From a virus: a stretch of DNA of 64,000 bases. A program made the translations under genes and the position numbers. Within the stretch, counting starts at the first letter, position 1. Each line of letters starts with the position of its first letter. The notes beneath the pieces were generated by a model. That model did not search any database. It was not told the origin of the DNA and saw nothing but the letters and a program-made list of their open reading frames with translations. This document shows positions 1 through 8,476 of this stretch, piece after piece. The stretch spans positions 1-64,000 of IMG/VR virus record IMGVR_UViG_3300010400_000003. One strand, written 5' to 3'.

Positions 1-154
1 ATGGATCTGGCACGAACGACTTGCGCCCTGCGTATTCCATCAATCCTTGATAAACGAGTTCCTGCATGAGCGGACTGTCGCCGCAGTAAAGCCCGCCAGC
101 GGCACGCTTGAGCGTGTGGTCCATGATGTCAATGTGCTCTTGGGTGAGGCGCAT
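1..154 (-). CDS. hypothetical protein, truncated by window edge
   Basis: ATG at 154, reads MRLTQEHIDIMDHTLKRAAGGLYCGDSPLMQELV... open to position 1. Confidence 0.6.
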   Translation of the reverse strand, partial: MRLTQEHIDIMDHTLKRAAGGLYCGDSPLMQELVYQGLMEYAGRKSFVPDP

Positions 155-404
155 AAGAATTAAATTCCGAGTACACCTAGACCAGAAGTGGGAAAGGGAA
201 GAAGGGAAAGGCGGGGAAGGGAAAGCAAAGAGCAGGATCCGGAACCTCTGTTCCTTGGTGAAAGCGAGAGCTTTCCCTGTGGTTTCCCACAGGTCGGGTC
301 TGTCCTGTTCCTTGGAGCCAAGCGCACAGCTTTTCTCCCTCCGCGCATCACCCTTCGTGGCTCTCCGGTAGCTTGGAGCCTGTTTACGGGGCGCGGTCTG
401 CTAC

Positions 405-640
405 TCCATCGGAGTTCTTTGAAAGCAAGCAGCGAGTCAGTTCGTATCTCCGACTGGCTTGATCGAGCCAATCCCCCGAAAGCGAATCGGGGCAACTTAT
501 TGTCTTTGTCCAGACGAGGCGCAATCACCGCTCCGTCAATGTCCGTGATGTGCTGCACGGAAACAGCTACCGCCGCAGCGCGATTAACCGCATTGGCCGT
601 TGGATAACTTTCATCACTGCCTGCTTTCAAAGAACATCCG
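405..640 (-). ncRNA. candidate large structured RNA domain
   Basis: 19-bp stem 414-432/617-635 whose one mismatch is a G-U pair only on the minus strand; encloses further hairpins. Confidence 0.4.
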
Positions 641-730
641 GTTGTCCGAGTCGTCGCTCTCGCTGGACGTTGCTCGCGGATGACAGAGCCGATTCCGGCT
701 TGAGCTTCGGCCAACACGCCAAAAAGAGGC

Positions 731-797
731 AGGCTTCGCTCTGGTATAGGAACTGCACGAGCGCACAGACCCTTGCGGGTTTTCCAAAGCGAAGCCT
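731..797 (-). ncRNA. C4-like antisense RNA (three-stem junction)
   Basis: P1 AGGCTTCGCTTTGG/CCAGAGCGAAGCCT, P2 ACCC-GCAA-GGGT, P3 containing CTCGTGC, junction GTTCCTATA; complementary site at 823-843. Confidence 0.55.
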
Positions 798-899
798 TAA
801 AGCAAGCTTCTGGTTGCGGACACTCGTGCCGGGTTCCTACACCGGCCAGAACGCCGTCAACCTGACGCGAACCGCGCCCGCTGTCAAATCGTTTGTGGC

Positions 900-1175
900 T
901 CATTTTTCAGGAAATCTCCCGCCGCCCTGGGAAGCTCCGGTTGTGGGGAGCGAGGATATTTCGCCTCCTTGTGGGTCGGGCGGCGGAAGGGGATCGGGGT
1001 TGGTTCGAGCCAGAGCCGCCCGGAGCGCGGCCAGCAGCCACAGGACGCACCACGCGGCGGACATTACCGCCCAATACGACGCTCGGAGGTTGTCGTTCAG
1101 GGCGTAGGCGGCGGCACAGATCAGCGCACAGGCAACGAACAGCGCGCACGAGGTTTTGGCGAAGCTTTGGGTCAT
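900..1175 (-). CDS. small membrane protein
   Basis: two hydrophobic segments; ATGA overlap with upstream gene. Confidence 0.65.
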   Translation of the reverse strand: MTQSFAKTSCALFVACALICAAAYALNDNLRASYWAVMSAAWCVLWLLAALRAALARTNPDPLPPPDPQGGEISSLPTTGASQGGGRFPEK

Positions 1176-1885
1176 GGTTTTGTGATTCTGGCCAGATGAT
1201 ACACCCACACCCAAGGATTCCTGGCCCACGATCCCTTGCCGTTGATGGACTCCCACAACGCGCCGTAAGTGTGCGCTGGCGCATCGTCGGCGTGAAGATA
1301 CTTTTGCCAGTGAGCAATTTGCTCAGTGGAGATTCCTTCAGCCAATACATCGCTTGCCCGCCTGCCGTCTTTGCCGATGTCCTGAACCCTCTCGACGCGC
1401 ACGTTCATCACGCGCAGCCATATTCGAGCGGCGGCGCGGGGCATGAAGATTGAGGGTTTCCATCTGGCGCAATCCACATACGGGCCGCCGATGTCTGTTC
1501 CGTGATCTGCACGATAAAGGATTGTTCCATCTTTCCATCGTTGCGCCCCTTTCGCTACGTGAAACGTCTCCTTCGCGTAAATCAGAGTGCCGATGGGGTG
1601 CGGGCATTGCAAATCACTGACTCGCCCGAAATTGGAAAACTCGCGGGCGCACTTCGGCCAATACTCGACAATGAATCCGTTTCCCCCAACGCCGCTAACA
1701 ACGGCGCTGCTCGTGTCTTTGGCGCCCAGCTTGATTTCTCGCCTTGTTTGCCACTTCATCGGCTTGCTCGGATCAGCGGCCTTCGCGGGCCAAACGTCAA
1801 CTTCGGTGTTGAGCAGGGCAGTGACCATTTCGGCCTTGAAAAGCATACCTTTTGCTGCGGGTTCGGTGGTCATCGGACGGTTCAT
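1172..1885 (-). CDS. conserved phage protein (ASCH/PUA-like family)
   Basis: motifs MLFKAEMVTALL..QTRR, WKPSIFMPRAAARIWLRVMNVRVERVQDI, LWESINGKGSWARNPWVWV. Confidence 0.8.
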   Translation of the reverse strand: MNRPMTTEPAAKGMLFKAEMVTALLNTEVDVWPAKAADPSKPMKWQTRREIKLGAKDTSSAVVSGVGGNGFIVEYWPKCAREFSNFGRVSDLQCPHPIGTLIYAKETFHVAKGAQRWKDGTILYRADHGTDIGGPYVDCARWKPSIFMPRAAARIWLRVMNVRVERVQDIGKDGRRASDVLAEGISTEQIAHWQKYLHADDAPAHTYGALWESINGKGSWARNPWVWVYHLARITKP

Positions 1886-1904
1886 ATTTGATCTACCGCC
1901 GTCA

Positions 1905-1933
1905 CTTCTACACCTGCGGGCGCAGGATGGCAA
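1905..1933 (-). promoter_or_regulatory. promoter with palindromic operator
   Basis: TTGCCA-17-TAGAAG; CCTGCG-GG-CGCAGG at 1913-1926. Confidence 0.6.
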
Positions 1934-1942
1934 CTATTATTT

Positions 1943-2932
1943 TCAGAATTCGACGACCAGCAGTGCGGGATCAAGCGGGGTCTGCGCGCCAAGCACGCTG
2001 TCCAAGCAGTAACCGTAGGTCGCCGGCAGCCCGCCGCAGTAGTAGCACATGAGGCCAACCAGCGTCTCGCCCGCAGCTAATGTCGTCGGAGAATCCACCG
2101 GGTTGAAGAAGAACCCGCCGCTGGCGATGGATTGGAGCAGGTCGAACCCGTTGCCCGAGGCGGAGCACCCACAGCAGATGATAATGCCGCCGCTCGCCTT
2201 GAAGTTCGACGCGCGCAACAGGATGCTCTCCCGCTCGGCGGCGTTCAGCGGGCCGGTGAAGTGCTCTCCGTCGGAGAAGATGGTGATGACCTTGCGATCC
2301 GCCGTCTCATCCTCCAGGGCCATGATGGCGACCGTCAGCGCGGCCAGAATGTCCGTCGTGAAGATGGATTGTGGGATGCTCTCCACGGTCGCCAGCGTCG
2401 GCAGGGTCGAGCCGATGGCTTGAACCTCATGCGCGCCGCAGTTGAACCGCCACAGGCCAACCTTGTCCTTTTCCAGCCGCATCCCGTCCATGAACTTGAA
2501 CGCCGTGTCGCGGGCGAACGCCAGGCGCGAGCCGGGAAAGAACGTCATCGCCGAACCCATTGACTTCGAGTTATCAATCAGGACCGCCGTGGCAACCACG
2601 CGATCTTCGCAGCAGTCGTAGCCCGAGCCGACGACTTCGACTTGAGCGGCGGCAACCAAGCCGTCCGCGTTCGTCACGCTGACCGTGCCCACGCCAGCCG
2701 CCAGCAAGGTCGCCACGCCGGTCGAGGCGTTGATCGTCACGACGGACGGCGAAAGGCTCGAGTACGTCAACCCGGTTGTCACCAGCGTCTCGCCGTCGGC
2801 CTCGCGCAGAAAGGTCTTGAACGTGAACTCGCCGACGCAGGCGACGACCAGTTCAGGCTTGAGCACCAGCACGGCATCCACGGTCGGATGATCGGTCGGG
2901 CACGGCGCTTCGGTGACATCGGGGAGGTTCAT
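1943..2932 (-). CDS. Ig-like (Big_2) plus VWA domain protein
   Basis: TYSSLSPSVVTINASTGVATLLAAGVGTVSVT Ig-like segment; MIDAS DNSKS, T, and IFSDGE motifs. Confidence 0.8.
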   Translation of the reverse strand: MNLPDVTEAPCPTDHPTVDAVLVLKPELVVACVGEFTFKTFLREADGETLVTTGLTYSSLSPSVVTINASTGVATLLAAGVGTVSVTNADGLVAAAQVEVVGSGYDCCEDRVVATAVLIDNSKSMGSAMTFFPGSRLAFARDTAFKFMDGMRLEKDKVGLWRFNCGAHEVQAIGSTLPTLATVESIPQSIFTTDILAALTVAIMALEDETADRKVITIFSDGEHFTGPLNAAERESILLRASNFKASGGIIICCGCSASGNGFDLLQSIASGGFFFNPVDSPTTLAAGETLVGLMCYYCGGLPATYGYCLDSVLGAQTPLDPALLVVEF

Positions 2933-2936
2933 GCGT

Positions 2937-3533
2937 TCAGTAGCTCAAGGCGATGCAGACGTTAGTCAGCCAGCCGCCGTCCAGGGCTGTGTCGTCCGCG
3001 ATGTAGATTTTCCAAAGGCCGTTGGCCGTTCCGGCGGACATGCCGGTGAACGTCGAGAAATTGGTGGAGTAGGGACCGGCGGGCGGGCCGGCCGGGAACA
3101 CATAGGACGGGTCGGTGTCTGTCGGTTTGTAGGTCCCGGACCCGGGCGATGGATCGGGCACGTAACTGCCGGCGGAATCGGAAAGTATGATCGTGACGTT
3201 GGTTGCAATCGGCAAAACCCCGCCCGCCCCACCCCAAAACTTGACGGCGCTGTTGTCGGGCGCGACCAGCACCATTTGCAGGTCTGCCGGGAAATTGTGG
3301 GTGAAGTTCGTCAGCGTGACCGTCACTTGGGACAAGCTGCCGGCGATGCCGGAGACACCGAAGTTTATGGGGTACGGCCCCTGCGCTCCTTCGTTCTCGT
3401 CCAACTCGATCACGCCATTCGTACCGCAAAAGTTGGCCGTGCTGCCTGACGCGAATGGCGTCGGGCCTTCAATGTGGATCACCGCGGCAGAAACGGCGGC
3501 GACCAGCAGCAGCCATACGATCACAATTCTCAT
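2937..3533 (-). CDS. signal-peptide protein with proprotein-convertase P-domain-like fold
   Basis: MRIVIVWLLLVAAVSA leader; VTVTLTNFTHNFPADLQMVLVAPD and ANGLWKIYIADD..DGG motifs. Confidence 0.75.
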   Translation of the reverse strand: MRIVIVWLLLVAAVSAAVIHIEGPTPFASGSTANFCGTNGVIELDENEGAQGPYPINFGVSGIAGSLSQVTVTLTNFTHNFPADLQMVLVAPDNSAVKFWGGAGGVLPIATNVTIILSDSAGSYVPDPSPGSGTYKPTDTDPSYVFPAGPPAGPYSTNFSTFTGMSAGTANGLWKIYIADDTALDGGWLTNVCIALSY

Positions 3534-4840
3534 GGCGAAGAAACGTAGGCGAGGACCAGCCCGACTTCGGTTGAGGTCTGCGTGCTGGCATCCTGCGAGG
3601 CATCGCCGTCGCGCGCCAGTCGGATCACCCACAACTGGCCTTGCGTGAGCGCCGCGGCCCAGCCGGTCAGCACGGTCCACCCGACGCTTTCGACATCGCC
3701 GCTGGCGCCGGAGGCATCGCCCGCGAAGTCCAGGTTGATCGCCGTTCCGACCGTCCCAGCGGCGGCTGCGGAGTTGGCCACACTGGCACAGGAGAGGACG
3801 TAACGATGCGTGCCCGTGTCGCCCGCGTTGAGCCGGAACTTGAGCCGGGCGTACAGCGGGAAGCTGGCGTTGAAGTCGGGCGGGCCGTCAAAACGGTATT
3901 GGACGTAGTTCGCCGCCTGATCGGCGGAATGTGAGAATGTCGCGTGCCCGAAATCCAGCGCGGTTGTCGTCGATCCCAGCGTGGCCCCCGTGCCGTCCAC
4001 CTGATGCGGGTGCGTCAGATAGATGTAGTTGGTCGAGCCGTAATTCGTCGAGTTCGCCCAAGCCGTGTGCCCCGCCGTGCTCGTCGCCGTGAGGACCTGC
4101 CCGACCGCCGGAGCGTTGGTCGGCATTTTGGTGAACACCGAACGGTCTGAGGTAAACCCGTTCGTGCCGAAGCCGTGGAAGCCGCCATAGCGACTGACCA
4201 AGCCAACCGTTTCGAGAAATAGCGTCGAGTACCCGGTTGGCGGTGCGCCAACGATCATCGAATTGCGGGCGTTGATTGTGACCGAGTTCTTACTGACAAA
4301 CTCCGTCTGCACCAAGCTGTTGAAGGCTTGCACATCAATTCCGTAAGAACCTTCGAGGTAGGCTCCGAGAAACGATCCCTCCGCTGAGTACAATTTGTTT
4401 TGACCGAGTGAACTATTCCCCGTGCTGTAAAGCGATGCTCCCAAAAACGACCCGTCCACCGCGCTGAGGTTGAAGTTCGTTGAGTTCTCTGCAACAGCCG
4501 CGATAACAGACCCGAGATCGGGCTGAATGCCAAAATTATGAGAGCCGTCGAAATAACCGTTGAGCACTGATCCCTCCAGCACTCGGACGGTGAACTGTGT
4601 TGTGCTGTTGAAGCTGCCGATGAGCATGGACCCGTCGGTAACTGAGAAAATCCCATCCACGTCCGCCGCGTTGAATTCTCCAGCAAAGATTCCGTTCGTC
4701 GGGCTGAAGGCCATGCGGGCGGGGCGCGTGGCAAACAGGACGCCGTTGGTGCCCCTGGCGGACACACCTTGGCTGGGAGCGTCTGCGCCCATTGCCGATA
4801 GCCAAAACGACAGTATTGCCAGACAGAGTAGTTTTTTCAT
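3530..4840 (-). CDS. signal-peptide, beta-rich fibre/spike-like protein
   Basis: MKKLLCLAILSFWLSAMG leader; G/S/T/N-rich repeats; GQVLTATSTAGHTAWAN fibre-type motif. Confidence 0.65.
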   Translation of the reverse strand: MKKLLCLAILSFWLSAMGADAPSQGVSARGTNGVLFATRPARMAFSPTNGIFAGEFNAADVDGIFSVTDGSMLIGSFNSTTQFTVRVLEGSVLNGYFDGSHNFGIQPDLGSVIAAVAENSTNFNLSAVDGSFLGASLYSTGNSSLGQNKLYSAEGSFLGAYLEGSYGIDVQAFNSLVQTEFVSKNSVTINARNSMIVGAPPTGYSTLFLETVGLVSRYGGFHGFGTNGFTSDRSVFTKMPTNAPAVGQVLTATSTAGHTAWANSTNYGSTNYIYLTHPHQVDGTGATLGSTTTALDFGHATFSHSADQAANYVQYRFDGPPDFNASFPLYARLKFRLNAGDTGTHRYVLSCASVANSAAAAGTVGTAINLDFAGDASGASGDVESVGWTVLTGWAAALTQGQLWVIRLARDGDASQDASTQTSTEVGLVLAYVSSP

Positions 4841-5175
4841 ACGTATTGCAGCCATCCGGTGTTTCCGCTGCCGGACTCCTTAACCCAAATTTTCTTGAGC
4901 AGCGTGTTGACGTATCCCGTGCCAGCGACGGCGGTGACGACGCCCTCGGGATCAACGACGCCAAGCTGGAACAATCCCCCGCCGCCGAGATCGAGCACGG
5001 TGTTGAGGAAGTCCACCAAGTCTTGCAGCGTCACCTTGACGTTGGCCAGTTCGGGATGCGCTGAAATCTGCGAGTCGTCCACCATCTCGAACAGGTCCTC
5101 AAGCGCCAGCGGTCCCGCCTCTGGAAGCTCGGTGATCTTCTTCTTTCGTATTCGTACTGGAGTGCAACAACCCAT
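4837..5175 (-). CDS. small tail-fibre-associated protein
   Basis: KKITELPEA N-terminal motif and DPEGVVTA..GY....IWVKESGSGNTGW fibre repeat. Confidence 0.65.
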   Translation of the reverse strand: MGCCTPVRIRKKKITELPEAGPLALEDLFEMVDDSQISAHPELANVKVTLQDLVDFLNTVLDLGGGGLFQLGVVDPEGVVTAVAGTGYVNTLLKKIWVKESGSGNTGWLQYV

Positions 5176-5176
5176 A

Positions 5177-6013
5177 TCAAGTGGCCTCCAACGCCCGGAA
5201 GATTCCGTTTTCCAGCGCCCGCAGCGTCTCGTCGGTGATCGTACACCAGCAGGGCCGGCGGCATGATTCGCTGGGTCGCACGCGCGTTTGCTCCTGGCAT
5301 TCGAGCATCAGGTCCGCCAGCGCCTCGTCGTAAGTGCCGGTCTTTTGATGGTTGTGAATCGTGTTCGCAACCTGGATGTCGCCGTAGTCCCGCTCGTGCC
5401 CGTATTGCAGGTAGAGCTTCACGGCCTTGCGGAAGTCAATCGCGTCGGAAACCGGGTCGTCGTCGGTCCACTGCGAGGCCAGCTTGTTGCCCGCCCACTC
5501 AATGACCAGTAGTTCGGTGGATTGCATCCAAGGTGCAATCAGGATGTTCTCGCCGTCAATGCAGTAGAGGCCGTCTTGCGCGCGACCGCACGCGGCGTCC
5601 GTGCTGGCGCCGGCCCGGCGGAAGCCCAGCGGCATGACCGGCACGGAGGCGTCGTCAGACTCAGGCGCGGGCTGAAGGTTGGCCGCGAAGCACTCGAACT
5701 CCTTGCGGCCGACTTGGCGGTAGAACACTGGCGAACACCACTCCCGCTCGCTGGTGTCCTCGTCAATCTCAACCGTGTAGAGGAAGCGCACGACGCCGCG
5801 AGGCCGCGGCACGATGGTAGTCCCGCACTTGAACCACGTATTGCAAAAGCGGATGACGTTGGCGTTGCGCGACTTCTCGCACGGGACGAACTTCTGGATG
5901 TCGGACAGGGCTTCGAGGACGATCTGGTCGTGGGCCGAAACCAAGTTCTCGCTTTCTGCGTCCGCCCAAATTTGCCGGCGGATGGAAGTTCTAAGTTGTG
6001 ACAAGGTTTGCAT
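5177..6013 (-). CDS. putative head-tail adaptor protein
   Basis: TLSQLRTSIRRQI N-terminal helix typical of adaptors; size; next to fibre-like genes. Confidence 0.55.
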   Translation of the reverse strand: MQTLSQLRTSIRRQIWADAESENLVSAHDQIVLEALSDIQKFVPCEKSRNANVIRFCNTWFKCGTTIVPRPRGVVRFLYTVEIDEDTSEREWCSPVFYRQVGRKEFECFAANLQPAPESDDASVPVMPLGFRRAGASTDAACGRAQDGLYCIDGENILIAPWMQSTELLVIEWAGNKLASQWTDDDPVSDAIDFRKAVKLYLQYGHERDYGDIQVANTIHNHQKTGTYDEALADLMLECQEQTRVRPSESCRRPCWCTITDETLRALENGIFRALEAT

Positions 6014-6761
6014 TTGTCCTGTGGTCGAACACGGCGAAGCCTAACCGTTTCGCACGCGAGAGCAACTCGTCGCTTATCTGCTTTGGTCTGGTCAGATGAA
6101 TCTCGCTGATCCCGCAAATGAACGCGGCAACCAGTGATTCTGGCGTTAGCAGGTGCGATTTGGAATGGTTATCACTTTTCCAAAGCGGTCGAAAATTCCG
6201 GTAGTGCTGGGCCAGCATTATCTGTTCTTGGTTTTTACCACAGCAGGCAGTTGGAAAAATGTGGTCAAGTTGCCACATCGCTCGGTTCTCAAAAGTCATC
6301 CCAGGCTGGAAATTGGAAGCAATCCAGTTCTGGAAAAATCTGGCCGAGCATCCGACGATTGACTCCGTGGTTGACGGCTTCGTTTTTCCCTTGAACGCAA
6401 ACTGGATCAACGCTCGCAGGCGTATCTTCATTGCGACGTGGGGATGCTTTCTGTACCGATCCGATCTCCGCTTCCTACTGAGTTTGAACACCGTCCAGTT
6501 CTTCAATCGGCTGGCTTTAATGCTGGCCTTGACGTGTTCCTTGTTGGCAAGCTTCCACGCCTTCAGTGTGGCTTTCTTCCTTTCAAAGTTCGCCTTCCTG
6601 TAATCCCTTTCGTACCTCTTGACGTGATCTGAATTGGCCTCGATCCATTCCCGCTTTCGACTGGGATGACGCTTCCTCCACTCAGACATTGTGAACAGTT
6701 TGCGAGCGCGCTTGGCTATCAGCGTCGCAATGCTGGTCCTGAGTTGTGCGAGTGTGTTCAT
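5991..6761 (-). CDS. free-standing HNH-type homing endonuclease
   Basis: basic N-terminus; VGCS...GMTFENRAMWQLDHIFP...HYRNFRPLWKSDNHSK. Confidence 0.85.
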   Translation of the reverse strand: MNTLAQLRTSIATLIAKRARKLFTMSEWRKRHPSRKREWIEANSDHVKRYERDYRKANFERKKATLKAWKLANKEHVKASIKASRLKNWTVFKLSRKRRSDRYRKHPHVAMKIRLRALIQFAFKGKTKPSTTESIVGCSARFFQNWIASNFQPGMTFENRAMWQLDHIFPTACCGKNQEQIMLAQHYRNFRPLWKSDNHSKSHLLTPESLVAAFICGISEIHLTRPKQISDELLSRAKRLGFAVFDHRTNANLVTT

Positions 6762-6985
6762 TGTCGCATCAACGCTTGGTTCTCAGGCGTGTTCAGCAAT
6801 CGCTGAAGCGTTTCGCGATAGGAGTCGCTAACACACCTCGACCATCGCGTTGTTTGATACCAGAATGGAGCAGCCTGATCCAATCGCGGCGCTTCGAGCT
6901 TGCGCGCGAACGCAATCTGCGGCGCGAGCGCCACGACCGCGACCATCGCGCCGAGGCGGGAGAAGAATGATCGGCGGGAGTGCAT
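6758..6985 (-). CDS. Tat-signal micro-protein carrying a capsid-like segment
   Basis: SRRSFF, hydrophobic core, AFA cleavage motif; PFWYQTTRWSRCVSDSYRETLQRL matches capsid residues 260-283. Confidence 0.75.
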   Translation of the reverse strand: MHSRRSFFSRLGAMVAVVALAPQIAFARKLEAPRLDQAAPFWYQTTRWSRCVSDSYRETLQRLLNTPENQALMRQ

Positions 6986-7467
6986 CAGGCGGCCTTGGCC
7001 TTCCTCCGCTTCCCGACCTCGGGCTTGTAGTCCGCTGCCTTTGGAAGTTCCTTCGCGATCTGCGCATTGACGGTCGCCTGTGGCGCCGCCTGGCTCAACG
7101 CCGCTGGCACTTCAGGCGCGGGAGGCGGAGGCGGGTTAGCCGCGACCGCAGCAGGAAGTTGGCTGAGGCGCTGGTCGAGCACTGATGTTGATGGCATCAG
7201 CCGGCCTTTGTAAACTTCTTCCCGCCAGGGCGCTTTTAATGGAGGCGAGTTGCTTTTTTTTTGAAGGTAGTCGCTGTCGAACGTGGCGTAGTCAATCTCA
7301 GTGAGGCCGGAACGATTTTCGCGCATACACTGCTCGAAGCCTGACCACAGCGCCGGGTCTTGCGTGCCCAAGAAGCTTTGAACGCCGTCCACGGTTTTGA
7401 AGGCGACCATCCTGCCGTCGGCGAGGCGCACGGGATCCACGCCAAGATGCCTGAAATATCGCGTCAT
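6985..7467 (-). CDS. hypothetical protein, Pro/Ala-rich C-terminus
   Basis: ORF coupled to downstream gene. Confidence 0.65.
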   Translation of the reverse strand: MTRYFRHLGVDPVRLADGRMVAFKTVDGVQSFLGTQDPALWSGFEQCMRENRSGLTEIDYATFDSDYLQKKSNSPPLKAPWREEVYKGRLMPSTSVLDQRLSQLPAAVAANPPPPPAPEVPAALSQAAPQATVNAQIAKELPKAADYKPEVGKRRKAKAA

Positions 7468-7514
7468 GCGAGGCGACAATACCACTCGCCCGCGCCTTGC
7501 AAAGCGAAAAAGCG

Positions 7515-8207
7515 TCAGCCGTCCGCCGCCAGTCCCCACTTCTTGCGCAGATACGCCGTCGGATTGAAGTCGGTTGCCGGTCCTTGCGGCGCGTGTTTCC
7601 GCACCGCTTCAATCAGATGGTCGCAGCGGGCGTTCAGGCAGATGCCGGCCTTTAGATGGTTGCGCTCTAAGAAGTAGAACAGGTCCGCGTCAATCTCCCA
7701 CAGGTCAAACGCCTCGTCCCACATCCAGCCGTCGCGTCGCCGAAAGACGTTAACGCCGGCGGACGGGTTGCCCGTGTGGATGATGCGGCGCTCGTTCACG
7801 ATCCGGTGCTGGACGCACGGCATGTTCAGGTCGTCGAAGCTCCAGTTGCAGAGCGTGAAGTAATCCGGGTTCTCCCGCCAAAGATCCACGATGTTCTCCA
7901 GCCAGTTCGGAAAGTAGATCACGTCCGATGTGCCGTGGGCGATGAACTCGCCGGTCGTCGTGCGCGTGCCGTCGTTGAAAATCTTCGAGATGCTGAATGG
8001 GCCGTCCCACATTCGGACGCCGATGCCGAGCATCTCGCATTGGTTGCGGAGGCGGTCCAGCCGAACGCTGGGCGGGCTGTTGTTGATGTAGGCCCACACG
8101 CGCGCAGTCGTGGACGCCTGGCAGGTCCGCAACGCCATCACCGCCATGTGATAGGTTTCCTCGGTGGCGGTTGTTACCGGAATTATTACGTCGGCGTCGA
8201 GGCTCAT
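7515..8207 (-). CDS. GT2/GT-A glycosyltransferase
   Basis: DVIIPVT, INNS, FSISKIFNDG, FIAHGTSDVIYFPNWLE, WDEAF..WEIDAD. Confidence 0.85.
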   Translation of the reverse strand: MSLDADVIIPVTTATEETYHMAVMALRTCQASTTARVWAYINNSPPSVRLDRLRNQCEMLGIGVRMWDGPFSISKIFNDGTRTTTGEFIAHGTSDVIYFPNWLENIVDLWRENPDYFTLCNWSFDDLNMPCVQHRIVNERRIIHTGNPSAGVNVFRRRDGWMWDEAFDLWEIDADLFYFLERNHLKAGICLNARCDHLIEAVRKHAPQGPATDFNPTAYLRKKWGLAADG

Positions 8208-8476
8208 GTGTTGGATATTCTGGCGAGCACCTCCCTGAAGTAACTCTCCTGTTGCTCGGTCGGATTTTCTTGCAACTTTTTCAACAAGAAAATCATTTCG
8301 TTTTGCCTTACTTTTTCACAGTCAAGCCCGAGCCACTTCGCGCCCTCCCTGCATGAAAAGCACAATCCGCCTTCGTACACCAAAACCACTCTATGGCAAC
8401 AGCAGGAGCAGATTGGGTAGGCGCTGCCATTGCCATCATGCACCGGAGGCACAACGTATTGCAGCGTCGTGCTCAT
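8204..8476 (-). CDS. Cys-rich hypothetical protein
   Basis: CSCC..CFSC; ATGA overlaps on both sides. Confidence 0.6.
   Translation of the reverse strand: MSTTLQYVVPPVHDGNGSAYPICSCCCHRVVLVYEGGLCFSCREGAKWLGLDCEKVRQNEMIFLLKKLQENPTEQQESYFREVLARISNT

Noticed and set aside
160-903. 247-aa ORF
   Set aside because: No recognisable motifs, and it overlaps strong RNA structure. An Ash/Icd-like leader ORF cannot be fully excluded.
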